A stretch of 64,000 nucleotides of DNA, from positions 1,329,361 through 1,393,360 of the forward strand of contig OZ240678.1 of assembly GCA_965198905.1 (NCBI GenBank), read 5' to 3'. Numbering within the stretch: the stretch's first letter is position 1; each line of letters starts with the position of its first letter. The translations under genes were made by a program, and so were the position numbers. Shown here one piece after another: positions 8,183-19,210 of the stretch. Below the pieces are notes generated by a model. That model was not told the DNA's origin, searched no databases, and was given only the letters and a program-made list of their open reading frames with translations. The stretch is from Caulobacteraceae bacterium. Lineage in GTDB: Bacteria; Pseudomonadota; Alphaproteobacteria; Caulobacterales; Caulobacteraceae.

Positions 8183-9022
8183 CTACTTGTGGGTGACGCC
8201 CTGGATGCGCAGGGCGCGGGCGAGGTCGGCGCTGATCGGGCCGCTGTCGGGATCGAGCTGCGAGGCCTCGCGCAGCAGCGACACTGCACGGTCGATGGCC
8301 CCCTTGTTCATCTCCACCAGCGCCTGGCTGCGCAGCGCATTGGCGCGGGCTGGGTCGTGGGCCGGGGTCGACGGTTTGGCCGGCTGGGTCTCCGTCGGCG
8401 CGGCTGCGGGCTTCTTAGGTTCCGGCTCCTCGCGCCGCCTCAGCACGGGCGGCGTGTCCCTGTGTTCGCCATGAGCAGCGTGGTCGCCGTGATCCGGTCG
8501 GTCGGCGTGGTCGCCCTGGTCGCCGTGGGCCGACCGGTCGGCGTGATCGCCCTTGTCGGCGTGCTCAGCGGTGGGGATCAGGATGGTCTGGCCAGGCGCC
8601 GCGTCGTTGGGCACATCGATGTTGTTGTAGCGGGCCAGAGCGTAGAACAGGTTGGAGTCGCCCAGGAATCGGTCGGCCAGGGTGGCCAGCGTTTCCCCCG
8701 GCTGGATCGTGTAGGGCTTGTTCTGGGCGCCCAGCAGCACCTGCGGATCGGCGTCGATTTCGTTCAGCAGGGTGGTGGCCTCGGCGTTGGTAGGCTGATC
8801 CTGCGCCAGCTTCTGGGCCTCCACCCTGGCCTGGTCGCGCTTGCCGGCCCCCAGCAGCTCCAGGATGTAGTGCTGCCGCTCGGGAGGCGTGGTGTTGACG
8901 GCCGTCAGGGCGGGCGGCTTGTCCGGCTCGGGCTTGGGGCGATGCGCGCACCCGGCGACCAGCAAGGCGCAAAGTCCGACATGCGCCATGGCGCGCGGCA
9001 CGCTCGATAAGCTCATGAACAC
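8183..9022 (-). CDS. LysM-domain lipoprotein with TPR-like ends and a His/Asp-rich tandem repeat
   Basis: Lipobox LLVAGC. LysM motif YTIQPGETLATLADRFLGDSNLFYALARYNNIDVPNDAAPGQTILIP. Repeat EHADKGDHADRSAHGDQGDHADRPDHGDHAAHGEHRD. Confidence 0.75.
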   Translation of the reverse strand: MFMSLSSVPRAMAHVGLCALLVAGCAHRPKPEPDKPPALTAVNTTPPERQHYILELLGAGKRDQARVEAQKLAQDQPTNAEATTLLNEIDADPQVLLGAQNKPYTIQPGETLATLADRFLGDSNLFYALARYNNIDVPNDAAPGQTILIPTAEHADKGDHADRSAHGDQGDHADRPDHGDHAAHGEHRDTPPVLRRREEPEPKKPAAAPTETQPAKPSTPAHDPARANALRSQALVEMNKGAIDRAVSLLREASQLDPDSGPISADLARALRIQGVTHK

Positions 9023-9209
9023 CCCCGAAACGGGATCGATATAGCGCGATTGCGGAGCTTACGTGAAGGGCGTGGATCGAGGGCTGGGGCGGTGACGGAC
9101 GCCAGGAGAGGTTGCGCCGTCCACGCGCCGGTGCGCGATCATATCCTCGCGCCCGCCTTGTCCAGACGACCCCTTGGGCGGTACTGCGGGGTTGCAGAAA
9201 GGCCGCCCC

Positions 9210-9704
9210 ATGCCTGACGAGACCAAGCCGACGGCGACCTATCGGATGAATGAGGGCGACCTCGCCCTGGATGTGCCTGCGACCTGGCGGGATGAAACGC
9301 TGCACGTCTTGCGCCTGCCGGGAGACGGTCAGGCGACCGCGAGCCTGGTCATCACCCGCGAACCGCTGCCGCTCGGCATGGAGGTCGCCGACTATGTCGC
9401 AGCCGAACTCGTGCGGCTGCGCACCACCTTGCCGGAGTTCGTCCAGGTCGGCTCGGCCTCGGTGGCGTGGCCGGATATCGTCACAGACGCCGCGCTGACG
9501 CGGTGGCGATCCAGCGACGGGCTGGTGGACCAGATCACCGCCTGTCGTCGCGCAAATGGGCAGAACCTGCTGATCTTCACCGCCACCCACCCGGCGCCCA
9601 TGCCTGCCGCGGCCTACGAAGCCCTGTTGTCTGCGATCATCAGCTTCATCCCTCGCGCCATGTCAGATGCCGATCAACATGCATCAGAGCGGTCGCAGCG
9701 ATGA
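9210..9704 (+). CDS. DUF1795 family protein (DcrB / Eag-type T6SS effector chaperone-like)
   Basis: TYRMNEGDLALDVPATWRDETLHVLRLPGDGQATASLVITREPLPLGMEVADYVAAELVRL...LLIFTATHP matches my recollection of the DUF1795 pattern (Y-x-NEG-x-L-x-P-x-W-x-D-x-T-x-N/H-V, slVIsRd, dYv..ql). ATG at 9210 is preceded by gaaagg. Confidence 0.6.
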   Translation: MPDETKPTATYRMNEGDLALDVPATWRDETLHVLRLPGDGQATASLVITREPLPLGMEVADYVAAELVRLRTTLPEFVQVGSASVAWPDIVTDAALTRWRSSDGLVDQITACRRANGQNLLIFTATHPAPMPAAAYEALLSAIISFIPRAMSDADQHASERSQR

Positions 9705-9803
9705 CGGACCGCTCGCAGCACCCGGGAGGGTCCAGGAAGCGCTTGTCGAACGACGCACCCAGGCAGGGCGGCGCGCCGGACGCCCCGAGCGCTGAAGGCG
9801 TCG

Positions 9804-10490
9804 CTAGCCGGCGAACACGTACCCCGTGCTCACCGCGGTGAGGAGGAGCTTGGGGTTGGTCGGGTCGGCTTCGAGCTTTTGGCGCAGGTGCTGCATGACG
9901 ATGCGCAGATAGTGCACGTCCTCGGCGTGGGACGACCCCCAGATGCTGGTCAGCAGCTGACGGTGCGTGACGACCCGGCCCGCCGCCTTGGCAAGCTGGG
10001 CCAAGACATTGTACTCCCGTGGCGTCAGTTTCACGAAGACGCCCGCTCGCTTGACGGTATGATGGGCAAGATCGATCTCGATATCGTGCGCCATAATGCT
10101 CGCCTGAGCGCCTTCCAAGCGCAGCTTGTTGCGCATCGCAGCGCGTAACCTGGCTAGAAGCTCGCCGATGGCGAAGGGCTTCTGGACATAGTCGTCTGCC
10201 CCCAGGTCCAAGGCGGTGATCTTCTCCATCTCCCGCTCTCGGGCCGAAAGAATCAGCACAGGTCCCTTATAAAAGGCGCGTGCGCGCTCCAGGACCACCT
10301 TGCCGTCGAGGTCAGGCAGGCCGAGGTCCAGGATCAGGGCGTCCGGCGGCTGGGTCGCGAGAAGCTTCAGGCCGTCTTCGCCGAGCAGGGCCGGGATGGG
10401 TTCATAGCCGGCCGCCTCCAGCGCCGGCGCCAGGAAGCGGTGGATCTGAGGCTCGTCGTCCACGACGAGGATGCGTGGCTTGATGGACAT
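9804..10490 (-). CDS. kdpE: Two-component response regulator KdpE (OmpR family)
   Basis: 228 aa. Receiver domain ILVVDDEPQI...LDLGLPDLDG plus a winged-helix domain LTPREYNVLAQLAKAAGRVVTHRQLL. Lies immediately downstream of kdpD. Confidence 0.9.
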   Translation of the reverse strand: MSIKPRILVVDDEPQIHRFLAPALEAAGYEPIPALLGEDGLKLLATQPPDALILDLGLPDLDGKVVLERARAFYKGPVLILSAREREMEKITALDLGADDYVQKPFAIGELLARLRAAMRNKLRLEGAQASIMAHDIEIDLAHHTVKRAGVFVKLTPREYNVLAQLAKAAGRVVTHRQLLTSIWGSSHAEDVHYLRIVMQHLRQKLEADPTNPKLLLTAVSTGYVFAG

Positions 10491-10499
10491 GGCCGAAAC

Positions 10500-13211
10500 T
10501 TAGAGCAGGAGATGGCTCGTCGGAACGGTCTTCGGCAGGCTGATCAGGATGCGCGTGCCCCGCAGTCCGACTATGGCGTCGCCATGGATCGGGCTGGCGG
10601 CGGCGATGCGCCCGCCCATCGCCTCGACGAAGCCCTTGGAGATGGACAGGCCCAGTCCCACGCCCTTGCCGCGCTCGTTTCCCGCGCGGTCGCTGTTCTC
10701 TTCGATACGGCGGAAGCGATCGAACACGCGTTCGAGTTCGGGGGCCGGGATCCCTTTGCCCTCGTCCTCGATGCTGATGACGACGTTGTGCCTGTCCTCG
10801 TAGGCGGAGACCTCGATGGAGCTGTCCGCCGGGCTGTAGGCGATCGCGTTCTCCAAGATGTTGACGACTGCCTGTTCAAGCAAGGCGGGGTCGAGCTCGA
10901 CCGAGCTCAGCTCGGTGGGGAAGTCCCGCGTGAGCACGCGGTCGGCCAGGCGGCGATCGACGCGTTCGATCGCCGCGGTCAGCACTTCTCGCACATCGAT
11001 GAGCTGGCGGCGGAGATTGAGGGCGTCCCCCTCGAGCTTGGTCATATCCAAAAGGTTGCCGATGTAGCGATTGAGCCGTTCCGCCTCCTCCCGGATGCTC
11101 TCCAGCAGGTCTGCGCGAATCTCGCTTTTCAGCTGCGGCCCAAAGTCGATCAACGTGGTGGCGGCGCCCATCACCGTCGCCAGGGGCGTGCGCAGGTCGT
11201 GGCTGATGGAGTTCAGCAAGGCGGCGCGCAGCCGGTCGGAGCGCCGAGAGGCTACGGTCTCCGCCTGTTCCGCCGCCAGGGCCGCCCGCTCGATCGCCAC
11301 CGCGCCCTGGTCGAGCAGCGCGCTCAGGAGCCGCTCCTCGTCGGTGGAGCGGTCCAGGACGGCCTGATAGCCGGCCACGCCCGCCGGCCCGCGCACGCCC
11401 ATCAGGGGGCGGAACGTCCAGCCGACCTGGGGCAGGGTGCCGGTGCCCGCCCCCGCCGCCTCGCGGCGGTCCCAGGCCCAGCGTGCGGCGCTCATGGCGG
11501 CGGTGGACAGGGAGGCCGTCTCCGGCGCGCTGGCGGCGAGCGCCAGGTCGGCGCCCGTCTTCAAGAGCACGACGGCGGGCGAGCCGGACGCCGCGGACGC
11601 CTGCTCCGCGAGCGCCCGGACCGCGCTGTCCCGGTCCGCGGTCCCGGAGAGCCGGCGGCTGGCGGCCAGCAGGGTGGCGACGAGCGACGCGCGGCGTGCG
11701 CTCTGCTTCGCCTGGTCGCGCACCCGGCCCGAGAGCCAGCCGGTCACCCCGGCCACGGCGAAGAAGATGGCGAAGGTGATGATGTCTTCGACATGGCCGA
11801 TGACCAGGGAGAAGCGCGGCGGGAGGAAAAGGAAGTTGTAGGCGAGGATTGACAGGGCGGCGGCGGTCAAGGCCGGCCTCAAGCCGGCGAGGACGCCGCT
11901 GACCAGGACGCTGAGCATATAGATCATGGCCAGGTTGGCGCTCGACGACAGGCGATCCAGGGCGGCGGAGATCGCGGTGGCCACCGTCACCAGCCCGACC
12001 GCATAGACGTAGCCGCGCCATTCCAGGGTGGGGGTCCGACCAACGGGAGACGCCTGGCTTGCGCCTTCTGGCGCGCCTTCGGTGATGAAGTGCAGGGCCG
12101 CGCCGCCGGAACGGCGAAGCAGCGCCTGGGCGAGGTCGCGGCCGAACAGACGGCTGGCGCGCCGAGGCCGCGACTTGCCGAGCACGATCTGGGTGACGTT
12201 GTTGCGTCGCGCATAGTCCAGCACTGTGCCGGGCAGGTCCGCGCCCGAGAGCACCAGGGTCGAGCCGCCGAGCTGCTCGGCGAGCTGCAGAGCTTCGGTG
12301 ACCCGTCGGCCGCGATCCAGGCTCGGGGCCGAACGGTTGGTCTGCTCGATGTGGGCGACGGTCCAGGGGCCGTCCATGACCTCCGCGAGGCGGCGGCCTG
12401 CACGCACCAGGGCGGTGGACATGGCGTCGCCGCCGATGAGCACCAGGATGCGCTCCCCGGCCGCCCAGGGACCCTCTATGCCCTGGCGCTTCATGGCGGC
12501 GTTCAAGTGGTCGTCGACGGTCTGGGCCGCGCGGCGCAGCGCCAGCTCGCGCAGAGCCGTCAGGTTCTCCAGCTTGAAAAATCGGTCGGCGGCCAGGCGC
12601 GCCGTTTCGGGGACATAGACCTTGCCGCAGTCCAGGCGTGCGCGCAGCTCCTCGGGCGTGATGTCCACCAGCTCGATATCGTCGGCGTTGGAGAGGGCGG
12701 AGTCCGGCACGGTCTCGCGCTGGCGGATGCCGGTGATGCGCCAGACCACGTCAACCAAGCTCTCCAGGTGCTGGACGTTCAGCGTGGTCCAGACGTTGAC
12801 GCCCGCCGAGAGCAGCTCTTCGATGTCCTGCCAGCGCTTGGGGTGGCGCGAGCCCGGGGCGTTGGAGTGGGCGTATTCATCCACCAGCAAAAGGCCGGGG
12901 CGGCGCGCCAGGGCCGCGTCGAGGTCGAACTCCATGAGCACCCGGCCCTTGTGCTCCACGGGCTCGCGGGGGAGCACTTCCAGCTCGGCCAGCAGGGCCT
13001 CGGTCTCCTTGCGGCCGTGGGTTTCGACCAGTCCCACGGCCACGTCCACGCCGTCCGCCTGGCGGCGCGCGGCCGCGCTCAGCATCTCGTAGGTCTTGCC
13101 GACCCCTGGCGACATGCCGAGATAGACCCGCAGACGGCCGCGCCCCTGGCGTCGAGCCTCAGCGAGCAGGGCGTCCGGGTCGGGACGGGTCGGGTCGCGA
13201 CTTTCGCCCAA
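10500..13211 (-). CDS. kdpD: Sensor histidine kinase KdpD
   Basis: 903 aa. N-terminal KdpD P-loop domain (YLGMSPGVGKTYEML), Usp-like region, four TM helices, H-box LLNSISHDLRTPL and an HATPase domain. Confidence 0.93.
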   Translation of the reverse strand: MGESRDPTRPDPDALLAEARRQGRGRLRVYLGMSPGVGKTYEMLSAAARRQADGVDVAVGLVETHGRKETEALLAELEVLPREPVEHKGRVLMEFDLDAALARRPGLLLVDEYAHSNAPGSRHPKRWQDIEELLSAGVNVWTTLNVQHLESLVDVVWRITGIRQRETVPDSALSNADDIELVDITPEELRARLDCGKVYVPETARLAADRFFKLENLTALRELALRRAAQTVDDHLNAAMKRQGIEGPWAAGERILVLIGGDAMSTALVRAGRRLAEVMDGPWTVAHIEQTNRSAPSLDRGRRVTEALQLAEQLGGSTLVLSGADLPGTVLDYARRNNVTQIVLGKSRPRRASRLFGRDLAQALLRRSGGAALHFITEGAPEGASQASPVGRTPTLEWRGYVYAVGLVTVATAISAALDRLSSSANLAMIYMLSVLVSGVLAGLRPALTAAALSILAYNFLFLPPRFSLVIGHVEDIITFAIFFAVAGVTGWLSGRVRDQAKQSARRASLVATLLAASRRLSGTADRDSAVRALAEQASAASGSPAVVLLKTGADLALAASAPETASLSTAAMSAARWAWDRREAAGAGTGTLPQVGWTFRPLMGVRGPAGVAGYQAVLDRSTDEERLLSALLDQGAVAIERAALAAEQAETVASRRSDRLRAALLNSISHDLRTPLATVMGAATTLIDFGPQLKSEIRADLLESIREEAERLNRYIGNLLDMTKLEGDALNLRRQLIDVREVLTAAIERVDRRLADRVLTRDFPTELSSVELDPALLEQAVVNILENAIAYSPADSSIEVSAYEDRHNVVISIEDEGKGIPAPELERVFDRFRRIEENSDRAGNERGKGVGLGLSISKGFVEAMGGRIAAASPIHGDAIVGLRGTRILISLPKTVPTSHLLL

Positions 13212-13234
13212 GGGCTGCTCCCCGATCCTGCGCC

Positions 13235-14143
13235 TCAGAACTTCTGGGATACGCCCACATAGGCCTGGACGCCTGCGGTCTCCCGGTTCAGGCCAAAGTT
13301 CACGCCGGTGTCAAGCTGGAGCTCGCTGGTCACGCCGTAGGCGACGGCGAAGTCGGCCGAGTACTGGCGGATCGTTCCGGCCGGATCGAAATTCCAGTCG
13401 CCGTAAAGCTCACCATAGACGGTGAAGTTCTTCGGCAGGCTGACGCCGACGTTCACAAGCTGGGCGGTGTTGAGGTGGCGACCGCCGCCGGTGGAGTCCA
13501 GCAGGGCGTCCACCTCCGGCACGGTGGTCAAGGTGATGGTGTCTGTGAGCTTGTAGTTGATCGGCAGGATGCCGCCGCCCTCCACCACGCCGTTGCCGAT
13601 CCCGATGCGGGCGGTGGGCGCCTTGACATAGGGGATGATGGCCGCCTGCAGCTTGCCGCCCGTGGTGTTCAGAAACTCGTATTTCAGCCGCAGGATCAGG
13701 TCGCCGACGCCGGCGATAGTGCGGCTGTCGCCGAACTTGTCGGAGGTGTGCACGATCTCCAGCGGGGAGATGTTGGCCTCCACGTCGAGATTAGAGGTGA
13801 CGCCGTACTTGAACGTCGGGTTGGTCGCCAGGTAGGTGTCCGTCGTCACGCCGTTCAGGCGGAAGAAGCTGCCGTTGAACACGTCGGCCTCGTACTGGAA
13901 ATGGCCGGCGTCCACGGTGCAGGCGTAGTTCGACTTGGTGGGCCGGTCGGTGCAGATCGGGCTCAGCGTCGGAGCGGCCGTGGAGACGGGGGCGCCGGGC
14001 GCCGGGGACGTGGCCGGGTTCGCCGAAGAGGCGTTGGCCGCCGCATCGGGGCCCGACGTGGGGGGTGGCTCCGTCGCGGGCTGGGCGTGGGCCAGCGCCG
14101 GGGCGACCAGGAGGGCGACGAGGATGGAAAGACAAACGCGCAC
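13235..14143 (-). CDS. Outer-membrane beta-barrel protein (MetA-pathway/'transporter' family-like), embedded in the kdp locus
   Basis: Signal peptide ...APALAHA, Pro/Ala/Ser-rich linker, CTDRPTKSNYACTVDAGHFQYEAD motif, alternating beta-strand pattern and a C-terminal ...YVGVSQKF (terminal Phe). Confidence 0.65.
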   Translation of the reverse strand: MRVCLSILVALLVAPALAHAQPATEPPPTSGPDAAANASSANPATSPAPGAPVSTAAPTLSPICTDRPTKSNYACTVDAGHFQYEADVFNGSFFRLNGVTTDTYLATNPTFKYGVTSNLDVEANISPLEIVHTSDKFGDSRTIAGVGDLILRLKYEFLNTTGGKLQAAIIPYVKAPTARIGIGNGVVEGGGILPINYKLTDTITLTTVPEVDALLDSTGGGRHLNTAQLVNVGVSLPKNFTVYGELYGDWNFDPAGTIRQYSADFAVAYGVTSELQLDTGVNFGLNRETAGVQAYVGVSQKF

Positions 14144-14147
14144 GGGA

Positions 14148-14729
14148 TCAGCTCCGGGGGGTGGGAAGGCGCGCGTCCAGCGCGCGGTTGACGAGCAGGA
14201 CGTTGACCCGCGGCTCCCCGAAGATCGCCAGGGTGCGGCCCCGGGTCAGCCCGTCGATGACGGCCTGGACCTCGGCGGTGCTGACGTGGCGGGCCGTCGC
14301 GATGCGGGGCGCCTGCAGGCCGGCGTTGCCAGGCGAGATGTCGGGGTCGAGGCCGGAGGCGGAGGCCGTCACCGCGTCGGCCGGGATGACGGCGCCCGGC
14401 GAGGCCTTGGAGAGCGTCGCGGCGTCGCCCGCAACCCGCTGCGCCAGCTTGGGGTCGAGCGGGCCGTAATTGCTGCCGCCCGAGGAGGTCGGATCGTAGC
14501 CGTTCCCGGCCGCCGAGGGGCGCGGGTGCAGATACTGCGGCTTGGCGAAGCCCTGGGCGATCAGGCTGGAGCCCAGCACATGCCCGGCGCTGTCGCGAAG
14601 CAGGCTGCCGTTGGCAGGGCTGCTGAGCAGGACCTGGGAGAGGCCGGTCATAGCCAGGGGGTAGAGCAGGCCGGTGAGCAGGGTGAACAGGGCGATCATC
14701 ACGACCGCGGGTCGCAGGTGGGTGAGCAT
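14148..14729 (-). CDS. kdpC: K+-transporting ATPase subunit KdpC
   Basis: 193 aa. MLTHLRPAVVMIALFTLLTGLLYPLAMTGLSQ..., SGGSNYGPLDPKL, ASGLDPDISP. Confidence 0.92.
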   Translation of the reverse strand: MLTHLRPAVVMIALFTLLTGLLYPLAMTGLSQVLLSSPANGSLLRDSAGHVLGSSLIAQGFAKPQYLHPRPSAAGNGYDPTSSGGSNYGPLDPKLAQRVAGDAATLSKASPGAVIPADAVTASASGLDPDISPGNAGLQAPRIATARHVSTAEVQAVIDGLTRGRTLAIFGEPRVNVLLVNRALDARLPTPRS

Positions 14730-14739
14730 GGTGTGGGCC

Positions 14740-16773
<2,034 letters not shown>

Positions 16774-16815
16774 TGTGTCTCAGACTTTCAAGTGATGGGA
16801 CAAGTAAAGCAAAGG

Positions 16816-18525
16816 TCAGCGGGCCAGAGCCTGGAGCATCTGGAAGTGCTCTACGACCGGACCGAGCGCCATGGCGGGGAAGAACTGCAGGCCGCCCAGG
16901 ATCAGGATCACCCCGATCAGCAACCCGATGAACAGCCCGTTGTGGGTGGGCAGGGTGCCCGCGGTGGGCGCCAACTTCGGCTTCGCCACCAGAGCGCCGG
17001 CGATGGCCATCACCGGGACCAGGTAGGCGAACCGCCCCATGGCCATGGTGATCCCCAGCGTGGTGTCCCACCAGGGCGCGTTCGCCGTCAGCCCGGCGAA
17101 GGCCGAGCCATTGTTCCCCGCCGCTGAGGTATAGGCGTAGAGGATCTCGGTCAGCCCGTGCGGACCGCTGGCCGACACGCCCTTCAGCGCTGCGGGCAGG
17201 ACCGCGGCGACCGCCGAGAAGCCCTTGATGAACAGGGGCAGGATCAGCACCGCCAGCATGGCGAACTTGATCTCGCGGGCATCGACCTTCTTGCCGAGAT
17301 ATTCCGGCGTGCGCCCCACCATCAACCCGGCGATGAACACCGAGAACAGCGCCATGACGATGATGCCGTAGAGCCCAGAGCCGACGCCGCCGGGCAGGAT
17401 TTCGCCGAGCTGGATCAGGAACAGGGCGACGCCGCCGCCCATGGGCGTGAAGCTCTCGTGCATGCCGTTCACCGCACCGCAGCTGGCGCCGGTGGTCATG
17501 GCGGCGAACACCGAGGTGGCTGCAGCCCCGAAGCGGACCTCCTTGCCTTCCAGATTGGGCGCAGGCGCCACGTGCAAGGCGTGAGCTAGGGCGGGCGCCG
17601 CGCCCGTTTCGGCCACGTAGATGATCGTCGCCGCCGACCCCAGCAGGATGACCATGGCGGCGACCAGCGCACGCGCCTCCTTGCGCGCGCCGACGACGAT
17701 GCCGAAGGCGATCACGCAGGCGAAGCCCAGGCAGTTCATCGCCACCATGGCGATCAGGTTGGTGAGCGGGGTGGGGTTCTCGTACGGATGGGAAGAATTG
17801 GCGTTGAAGAAGCCGCCGCCATTGGTGCCGATCTGCTTGATGGCTTCCTGGCTGGCGATGGGACCCATGGCCAGGGTCTGGTGCGCGCCCTCCAGCGTGG
17901 TCGCGTCCACATGCTGGGTCAGGGTCTGGGGCACGCCCTGGATCACCAGCGCTATCGCCATGAGGATGGAGAAGGGCAGCAGCAGATAGAGCGTCACTCG
18001 CGTCAGGTCGCGCCAGAAGTTGCCGAGCCCTTCACCCTTGTGGGCGGCGAAGGCGCGGGCGACCACGGCGACAACCACGATGCCTGTCGCGGCGGAGGCG
18101 AAGTTCTGCACCACCAGCCCGCACATCTGGCTGAAGTTGGAAAGCGCGCTCTCCCCCGAATAGGACTGCCAGTTGGTGTTGGTGACGAAGCTGATGGCGG
18201 TGTTGAAGGCCAGGTGCGGACTGAAGCCCGCGAACTTCAACGGGTTCAGCGGCAGGACGCCCTGTATCCGCAATATAAGATAGAGCAGGAAGAAGCCGGC
18301 GGCGTTGAAGGCCAGCAGCGCGCCCGTATAGCCGAGCCACCCTTGGCTTTTGGTCTCATCGATCCCGGACGCGCGGTAGAACAGGGTCTCCACCGGCTTC
18401 AGCACCGGGTCGAGCCAGGTGCGGCCGCCCTGGAAGATGCGCGCCAGATATGCGCCGAGCGGCCACGCGAGCGCGACCGACAGCGCGATGGTGCAGGCGA
18501 TCTCCGCCCACCCTTGCCATGTCAT
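16816..18525 (-). CDS. kdpA: K+-transporting ATPase subunit KdpA
   Basis: 569 aa polytopic protein with the typical KdpA motifs [30 protein letters not shown] and GNNGSAFAG. Confidence 0.95.
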   Translation of the reverse strand: MTWQGWAEIACTIALSVALAWPLGAYLARIFQGGRTWLDPVLKPVETLFYRASGIDETKSQGWLGYTGALLAFNAAGFFLLYLILRIQGVLPLNPLKFAGFSPHLAFNTAISFVTNTNWQSYSGESALSNFSQMCGLVVQNFASAATGIVVVAVVARAFAAHKGEGLGNFWRDLTRVTLYLLLPFSILMAIALVIQGVPQTLTQHVDATTLEGAHQTLAMGPIASQEAIKQIGTNGGGFFNANSSHPYENPTPLTNLIAMVAMNCLGFACVIAFGIVVGARKEARALVAAMVILLGSAATIIYVAETGAAPALAHALHVAPAPNLEGKEVRFGAAATSVFAAMTTGASCGAVNGMHESFTPMGGGVALFLIQLGEILPGGVGSGLYGIIVMALFSVFIAGLMVGRTPEYLGKKVDAREIKFAMLAVLILPLFIKGFSAVAAVLPAALKGVSASGPHGLTEILYAYTSAAGNNGSAFAGLTANAPWWDTTLGITMAMGRFAYLVPVMAIAGALVAKPKLAPTAGTLPTHNGLFIGLLIGVILILGGLQFFPAMALGPVVEHFQMLQALAR

Positions 18526-18537
18526 GATTACTGTCCG

Positions 18538-18624
18538 TCAGAAGCTCTCGGGACGCAGGAGCGCCACGACCATGTAGATAGCGACGCCCAGGGCGGCGGC
18601 GGCGTAGATCAGGCCCACGATCAT
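18538..18624 (-). CDS. kdpF: K+-transporting ATPase subunit KdpF (28 aa)
   Basis: MIVGLIYAAAALGVAIYMVVALLRPESF. GGAGGC lies 6 nt upstream, and the gene lies 12 nt upstream of kdpA. The 71-aa ORF-track entry is an N-terminal over-extension. Confidence 0.8.
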   Translation of the reverse strand: MIVGLIYAAAALGVAIYMVVALLRPESF

Positions 18625-18625
18625 C

Positions 18626-18709
18626 TCAGAGCCTCCGCAACGCATGCGCATAGGCGCCGAAGACTGCGAACAGCCCCGCGCCGAGTGCGAGGAACACCAG
18701 ATCTTGCAC
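18626..18709 (-). CDS. Candidate 27-aa hydrophobic micro-ORF immediately upstream of kdpF
   Basis: Hand translation: GTG CAA GAT ... = MQDLVFLALGAGLFAVFGAYAHALRRL*. GGGAGG lies 6 nt upstream of the GTG. Its stop (TGA) lies 1 nt before the kdpF ATG, and the kdpF SD is inside its last codons. Confidence 0.35.
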   Translation of the reverse strand: MQDLVFLALGAGLFAVFGAYAHALRRL

Positions 18710-18784
18710 GTCAAGCCTCCCGTCGATCTTCGAAACCTACACGTGATCGCCATAAAAAGTCTGTCGGGATTTTCCGGCCATCCG

Positions 18785-18801
18785 CATAAAGGGCTTATAA
18801 A
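18785..18801 (-). promoter_or_regulatory. Candidate KdpE binding box (direct repeat TTTATA-N5-TTTATG)
   Basis: The minus strand reads TTTATAAGCCCTTTATG, two hexamers 11 bp apart. This is the same geometry and nearly the same half-sites as the E. coli kdpFABC operator (TTTATA-N5-TTTACA). It lies in the AT-rich stretch ~75 nt upstream of the micro-ORF. Confidence 0.4.
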
Positions 18802-19210
18802 GATCCCCCTTAGCCTACAAAGCGCGCCGCTAGCTCTCCTAAATGAGCGAGATATACTTATGTCGTGGCGCCGGGTGCACCGAATACCGCTCGATTGTCA
18901 TTCATCTATTTGAATGATGAGGTCACGCCCGTGGAAGATATGTTCACACAGGGACTGGTCTCTTGTAGTCGTTCAGGTCAGACGGTCACCGTTACTGAAC
19001 CGCCCCGAGATCAGCTGCAGCGGGCGGAGGTGGAAGTCTGTCACACCTTCGGCCGGTTTTCCCTGGAGTCGGCCCTACAGGCCGAAACGGGTCTCCGAGG
19101 CGACCCGGCCCATGTCCGTGTGGAACAGCAGCGCGTCGCTCGTGGGCGACGGCGGCGTCAAACTTTTCAAAGATGAATGGAGTTCGCCCGAAGCGGCGGG
19201 TGGGAGGCGT

